Shown: positions 57,201 through 64,000 of the stretch, one piece after another
Layout of the letters: each line of letters opens with the position of its first letter
How positions within the stretch are numbered: the stretch's first letter is position 1
Source: Lingula anatina
Lineage: Eukaryota; Animalia; Brachiopoda
Direction of reading: 5' to 3'
DNA: 64,000 nucleotides
Assembly (NCBI GenBank): GCA_051362555.1
Contig: CM120640.1
Location: 39,472,788-39,536,787 of the forward strand
Translations under genes and position numbers: made by a program
Notes under the pieces: generated by a model
The model's database searches: none
Told to the model about the DNA's origin: nothing
What the model saw: the letters and a program-made list of their open reading frames with translations, nothing else

Positions 57201-60200
57201 CATTGGTAATCATTACCAATTTTCCAACTCTCAAGGTGCTGACCAATGCCTTGGAATACCTGCCCAGCCTGATCAACTCTGTGGAGAACATAGGCTCTCC
57301 CAGGTTTAACCAGCATGAGATCATGGACATGGCCAAACAGGCCAATGCGGCTCTGGCAGCACTGGGAGGGTTCACAGAGACCATTAAGCCAGGATGTGAA
57401 GTAGAGGTACATATGATGTATGATCTCACCATTAATAAGTTAAAGTATAATGGGATAGCCTTTTCCCATAAACATGAACATTTGTGTTAAGAATTTTTTC
57501 ATTTTAATTTTTACAGTATCTCTGTGGCACCACCAATAGATATTTTAGAAGCAGCATATGTATTTCAGATTACTGGAGCAGGTATAGAGCACTGTACAGG
57601 GACAGTATTGAGTGTGTCAGAGGAGACTGGCCTTGCAGCTGTAACTATGTCACTTCTTCCAACGGAGGACTCCGACAACCCAGCCAGATATGGGGACACA
57701 GTTTCTGTACCTGTTCGAAGATTAAAGCCACCTAGAAATGAGGTTTGGGGTCACTGTTTGAAATACTTTTTTTAAACAAGCCATTTTGAATTTAACAATC
57801 TATCCAAATGTATTTCATAAAGATTGGACTTTTAAAAGTAAGTGTATAAGTAGCAATTTAAGACTGAAATAACCTTCATTTCTTTCTAGACCCTAGATAA
57901 TTTTCTAGTTTTCTAATTTTCTAATTTTCCAGCCACTCCCACTACACCAGCTGTCTATGACTGATGCCATAGTGGCTGCTGTGCAGTGCTTGCTGCTGCC
58001 CCAAAACACCTCCAGCTCCCCCCTCTCTCAGGCACTGCCAATGCATGGAGATGGCAACAGTCTGGCTAACCAGTCTTGTAGGGTTGTGGCAGAAATAAGA
58101 ACACGGTAAGAGATGGAAAGAACCTGGCTAACCAGTCTTGTAGTGTTGTAGCAAAAAAAGAACAGGTTAAGAGAGAACAGAAACTTAGTTTACCATTTGT
58201 GAAGGGTTATAAGAATTCAGGACTAAGTAGGAGTTGGTAATTAAGATACTGGCTAACTGGTGATTGAAAGTTTCTAGTGCCATTTTGACTTGGCCGAATC
58301 TTTTGTGGGTTCACAGGTTAGCAGGTTTGCAAAACTCCTCCCATGTTGTTAGCATTTAGATACACTTCTGTGTTTTATATCTTTTTCTTATTATGAATAT
58401 TAAAGTCAGATTATTATTGTTTGTCATTACAGAGCTTGTATGGTGTTAGCCAACTATCTGAGGGACATCACATTCACTAGCTCTTTCATCCAGCACTCCA
58501 GTGCTGCCATAGATATCCTGAAGTCCCTGTCTAAGGACTGTGGCAGTGGTGACAGAAGACAGGTCATTGAGAGTCAGTGTGACAGACTCAGAATGCTCTA
58601 TAGGGACTGTGCAAAGCCACCACTGCCTCCTAACAAGGCTGAAGTTAAAAATGTAAGAATGGTCAATATATTTATGGGACATGCATCTAGAAAGAAGTAG
58701 CTTGTTTTTCATATTTAATTGTTTCCATTTGGTCATCTAATTTTAGCAGCTCTTATGCAGTGTTTGTTTCACTGCAACACATTTAACATGCAGGAACTTT
58801 ATATTTTTAACTGTGAGACAGGAACTAAGTCCTCTTTTATTGTGTCTGTTCCATTTGTAAGTTGCAAATTTACATATTGTGGAGAAGTAATAAAAGCAGG
58901 CTCTCTGTTATTTCAGAACAAGGAGATAACATGGGACACATCCAGGTCATTCCCAACAGTGAGGTCATGCATGTTCACTCAAGGCCAGACCACTGTTAAC
59001 TTCCTGGGAGACCCAAGTGCTGGCAGTGGGCTGCCTAGAGGAGTCTTTATTTATGCCAACCAACCAGTGCCATATCTGGTAAGTCCTAGACACTTAATGG
59101 ATTCCCAGCAATATTTGATATTCACACTCTGACATTTGTTATTCAAGGACATCTCTTGGCAGTGTTGCACATAGGTCTGTTTTCTATTGGATTTAACTAA
59201 TTAAAAATTAATGACATTGTTGTGCCCCTGTTACCCCCTGTATAACCCACTTGCTGTATTTCTAGGCACCTTCCTTCTATTGGGAAATAGAGATATGCTG
59301 CGTAGGTGATCCACAAGAAGAGAGTGGGCCAACTATTTCTTTTGGGTTTGCTCCAGCTGCTGAGAAGAAAGATGGGGCTTGGACAAATCCTGTTGGCACC
59401 TGCCTCTTTCACAAGTAAGATATTTTTATTTGAATCAGTGTATTTGGAAAAAATGCTTCTAATTTGCTTTTGTTTGATGAGTTTGTTTTAATTTTGTCCT
59501 TTTATGTCTCGTTAAGATAAACATGTTTTACATTACAGCAGTACGTACAATAATTTTTCAAAGATTCACCAGAAAACTTGATCAGAATCCTTACCTCTTG
59601 ATGTCTTAAATTGCAGCAATGGAAGAGCAGTGCATTACAATGGCTCTAGCTTGCTACAGTGGAAAAGTGTACGCCTGGATGTAACATTGAATGCGACAGA
59701 TGTGGCAGGCTGTGGCTGGGAGAGGACAGAAGAGTCTGCACCATTACCAGGGCAACAGGTCAAAGGTCAAGTGTTCTTTACTTTTAATGGAAGACGTCTG
59801 CCTGCCACAATGGATGATGTCTCGAGTGGAATGTGGCCTGTTGTACACATACAAAAACGGGTAAGAACATTTAGGTCTTTGCACTGTAGATGAGAAAATC
59901 ATTGAAATATGCAGATGAAAAAGGTAACTTTTCAACACTTACAGTTTCGTACATTATGATCCAATTTTATTTACATGAAGAAACCAAAATAATTTGTCCA
60001 GTCTTGAAATGTACATGGACATTTTGGGGAATAACTGTCATGTTCTACTTATTCAGAACACCAAGATTAAAGCCAACTTTGGAGCAAAACCATTTGCTTA
60101 TGCTGAGGGTCGAGAACACAGAGATGCTGCAGATGAATGTTCTGACATTAGCCATGAGATACAAGAGATGTTTGAAGTCCTTCCTTTCCATATAACATCA

Positions 60201-63200
60201 GATAGTGATAGTGAAACCCAAACCACTACAGGCACTGCCACTCCTGACTCCAGTGCCGAGGTGGGCTCTCCTCCAGGTCCTCCTTGTAGGCTTGGGGCAG
60301 CACCCAAGGCATCGAGAGGTAAGGATTAAGTTTTCTGATGAATCTGTAAAAAATTATAGTACCAACTGGTATTTACATTTTTGATCACAAAACAATTTCT
60401 CACAACTGAGTTTTTTTTCTAGAATACAATACAGAGAGCTCTTTGAACTTCAAGCTGTTGCCAAGCTATGATAACTTCACCTTTACCGGGCCTGACTCTA
60501 GGACCCAGCAGGCTAACCATGATGATGAGTCTGACATAGAGGACAGCCAGGATGACCAGTCTACAGAGGACCACTATGCCTTGCTGGTCAAAGCCTGGGA
60601 GCAGAAAGTGTTCCCTACCATCAGGAGAAGGTTTAGGAATGAGGCGGAGAGGAAAGATGGCTTAGAACAAATAAAAGGGGCGTTACAGCTTGGTAAGTCT
60701 AGCATTATAGCCACAGTTTCTTGATCTGTTGGTTCATGTGAAATTTTAACAATTTTATCTGGTAGAAATTGTGTATTTTACTTTTAATGTAATGCATGGA
60801 CCTTATCACCTTTTGCCTCATGTTCATAGGAATGACTGACATAGCAAGACAGACAGTGGAGTTCCTCTATGAAGAGAATGGAGGTATGCCACGAGATCTT
60901 CACTTGCCTACCATAGATGACATAAAGGAAGAGCTTGCCAAGTTCTCCATAGAAAGAGTTCATAGAGGCACAACTGTGGTGATAAAGAAACCTGAAGATG
61001 GTTTATCAGGACAGATATTACCCAAGTGGGCCATACGGGGGATGCTGAAGACACTGGGGCTAACTGGAGTGGTTTTGGATGTGGATCAGGTAATGACACA
61101 TACAATTCTTTACTAACTAAAGGGTTGATTTATGTTCAGAGTTTTTCTGGCATAACTGGTTTATTGTAAATCAGAGAGCTGCATGAGAGGGAAACGTTTA
61201 TAGCACATCGTCTTAAAAGACAAACATATGAAAAAATTTATACAAGCCTCTTGTGTATTTGATTCAAATACATTATTCTTTAAATCTGTAAAGATACAGA
61301 ATATTAGAAAAGAAGAAAACAGATTGTTTTCAACATCAGAATAATGAGTGAATGCTTATAGCTAAGTCAGTAGTTATAATATAGATAGCGTTAATTGAAC
61401 TGGTTTACTGAAGATGAGCACAATTTCTTTCTGGTTCAGCCCAATGAGTTGGTGCAAGTAGAGACATATTTGAGGAGTGAAGGTGTCCTGGTCAGGTTCT
61501 GGTACCCTCTGTCCATACTGGAGAGACCTCCACAGGGGTTTAGGAAGACCAGTATTGTGGGACAACAACCTCTGGATACATCTAATATACTCATACACAG
61601 GTACAGAATACAGTATAAATCATTCACAAGTATATAACATTCAAGGTACAGTATATAGTATGCTCAGATACAACAGACTACATGTTCATACATAAGTACA
61701 GCTTAATTACAGTGTTGTTTACTCTAAATTAAAAAAAAAATGACTGAAATATTGAAACATGGTCAAGCTTTTGGAAATTATGTGTTACCAGAGTAACACA
61801 TATTTTGGAAATTATGTGTTACCAGAGTAACACATATTTTGGAAAATATGTGTTACTCTGGTAATCAGTGACAATCAAGTAATTATTACTCCCTGAAAGG
61901 AGTAGATAACTTGTGTGAGGACAATTACCAAATGTTTAGATGAATGCTGGTTTTCGTTAAAGCAAGGTATTCAACTTGATATTACAGAGAACTCTTGAGA
62001 GTGGAAGCTCAGCTCACCAGAGCCTACTGCCGTGCTGCACTACTGGAACTGATAAACCAATGTAACAGCACAGCCATGGAGGCGCTGTCCTGCACTACCA
62101 GTCTATCAGGCATGGCAGCCAGTGCAGCTGTGCTACAGGAACTGGACGTGGAGAACCTACAGCTGCTCTCTAATGAACTGCTCTCACCCCCTCAGGCACA
62201 TGGCTGTATTGTGGCCACCTCCCTGCTGACCTCCACCTCCCCTAGGCAGTGCCTGTCAGCTAACACATGTGCTCTATCTGATGTATTCTACCATAATCCA
62301 ACCAAGCTGAAGGAAGAACTGAAGATTGCCATATCCAGAGCAGCAAGCCAAGGAGAAGATTACCTGATTGAGTTGACTAATCAGTTGTGTGTTTGTTTAC
62401 AGGTAAGGCCAGACACAAACATGTCAGTTAACCTACTTACCAATTTTGTCTGGCCTAACAATAACTTGAAACTTCATGAAAGATGCAAATTTAAATATTA
62501 TTTTTTCTATGATCAGATATTTCGTAAAACCACATTGTTATAACTTTGTGTCTGTCATGCATGCTCTTTAAAAGTTCAGTGTAATGAATGTTTTTCTCAT
62601 ATTGTTTTGCTATAGATCTCTCCAGAGATGTTTCCAGTGGAAGAGTTTTTGGTGACAGAGGTGAAGACAAGCACAGATGTCTACTTTCCAGGTGCCTCGT
62701 TCTTGGTCATATCATGCAAGAGAGATCCAAAAGTCTCTAAGAAAGAGTGAGTGTCATTTTTATATTCATTTATTAAAGTGCACCACATGTAGGAAATAAG
62801 TATGGTTATTTGTCTTTTTATGTGAAAAAGCACTTAACTATCAAACGGCCTTGAATGTGATAAAAAGAATAAATGAAAATAGAAGCTTTGCAGATATAAT
62901 TTATGTGGTGGATAAAACAATCTTTTAAATTTTTTTCAGGAGTTCTCCCTACAAGTCACCATGGGCCAGAATCTTCACATACACTGGACACCGCATCAAG
63001 AAGAATGGACAGTCCATCAAGCAGGAGGTGATCTCCTACCCCAGGGACACCACCTCCACCAGTAACACCAATGACCAGTATGCTCCAGTCATTATCTCTG
63101 CAGACAGGGTCCATGTGAGAGTGGGTGTGTCTCCTCCCCCTGGCGTTATCCTCACCATTCATGCACTCCCACCACAGTTCCCACTGTCCGTGGCCTATAT

Positions 63201-64000
63201 GGAGACCTTATTGTCACAGAGGAAGACTGCAGGAGGCGGAGGACCCACTACTAGAGGGAAAGTCAGAGACTCCAGTAAAGAGACTGATGGTAGTCTCTCT
63301 AAGTGGAATTTTGAGGAAGTTAGCATCACACCTTGCCCTTTGCAAAATGTGATAGAACTTCTGGGGAGTTACTTGCTGAGGACTGATATCCCAGCTGTGA
63401 TCAAGGAGAGCATTTTCCACATCCTGGCCCAGGCCTTAAGGGTGTGGAGACAGAGCCATGAAGAAGAGGTAGAACCCATATTGTTTCCAGTCAAGACAAA
63501 CCTTAGTGGATCCCTGGGGGCTTTGTTACAGCTCCAGACTGAACTCAAGAAAGTGTATGAGGAGGAGAGTGCCTCCTTCCCTACTGGTACCACAGCCAGT
63601 GGTGCAGGCATGGGGTTAGGGATTGGGGACCAAGGCAGATTCACCACATATTTCCAGGCTCTTCTTGAAGCTTGCTTGGCCATAGCAGAGGTCAGTTCTC
63701 CCACAGTTGGGCCACTTGATCCTGCGGCTAGTAAAAGCCTGACTTCACCTCCAAGTAAGGCCAAGTCAGCTGCTCCTCCAAGTCCAATGTCTAGCAGTAA
63801 GAGGAAGAAGCTGAAAGCTAAGCGTGACAGGGACAGAGAAAGAGCAGGAGCCCGTTTTGCAAGCAGCCCTAGGACGAGTGAGAGTGACAGTGGTTTACCT
63901 CTTTCTCCTGCTGCTAGTGAAACTCCGAGCTCCAGCGAGACCTCTGTGAGCCCAGCCTCAAGTAGCACAAGTGTGGGTACTACTACCAGCACTAGCAACA
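42218..64000 (+). CDS. HECTD4: Probable E3 ubiquitin ligase HECTD4, 5' part (about 50 exons in window; gene continues past the window)
   Basis: N-terminus SQWLSVTEETLFLHDGLIRVTDL...NAYTRLLEYRLNALRGLWNAQRQ...LLNCLRDCAPLSLSKEPADCLNGIE is characteristic of HECTD4. First exon 42218-42867, then 43200-43420, 43714-43825, 44094-44238 and so on to an exon starting at 62940 that is open to the window edge. SPRY-like segment at about 58917-60100 and WEQKVFPTIRRRFRNEAER. The HECT domain itself is not in the window. Confidence 0.93.
51540..51701 (+). mobile_element. 5'-truncated non-LTR retroelement 3' tail (L2/CR1-type LINE or derived SINE)
   Basis: T-rich 3'UTR-like stretch, stem ggcgcatt (51636-51643) / aatgcgcc (51658-51665), then aataa and an (att)n tail to 51701, the typical L2-clade 3' end architecture. 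The 5' boundary is approximate. Confidence 0.65.
61769..61864. repeat. 34-bp tandem repeat ending in a perfect 22-bp inverted repeat (HECTD4 intron)
   Basis: ttttggaaattatgtgttaccagagtaacacata x2, plus arms 61819-61840 and 61843-61864 that are exact reverse complements. Confidence 0.9.

Noticed and set aside
63369-63998. 209-aa minus-strand ORF, and other antisense ORFs over exons
   Set aside because: Shadow frames of genuine coding exons (HECTD4, P450, ATXN2).

Overview
AT-rich, intron-containing animal genomic DNA. An invertebrate origin, plausibly a mollusc or other lophotrochozoan, is inferred from gene structure and mosaic CpG depletion; it cannot be proven from the window. Reading splice sites by hand gives seven protein-coding genes: LYRM9 (-, 4099-5692, missed by the ORF track), a 3beta-hydroxysteroid dehydrogenase (+, 7504-9322), a clan-2 cytochrome P450 (+, 10665-13254), ataxin-2 (-, 14864-26532), a TBC1D10 RabGAP (+, 29311-35345), RNF185 (-, 38578-41721) and the 5' part of HECTD4 (+, 42218 to beyond the window end). 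Six of the genes form three head-to-head pairs. No rRNA, tRNA, CRISPR array or autonomous transposon was found. The best candidate for an undescribed system is the adjacent, co-oriented, CpG-rich 3beta-HSD + P450 pair, a possible sterol/steroid-modifying mini-cluster among CpG-depleted housekeeping genes; its function is inference only. Other observations are a double overlapping PAM2 motif in ataxin-2, a 55-bp exon-end duplication beside a LINE-type tail that creates a candidate poison micro-exon in HECTD4, two GC-AG introns, and gene neighbours that are also linked in human.
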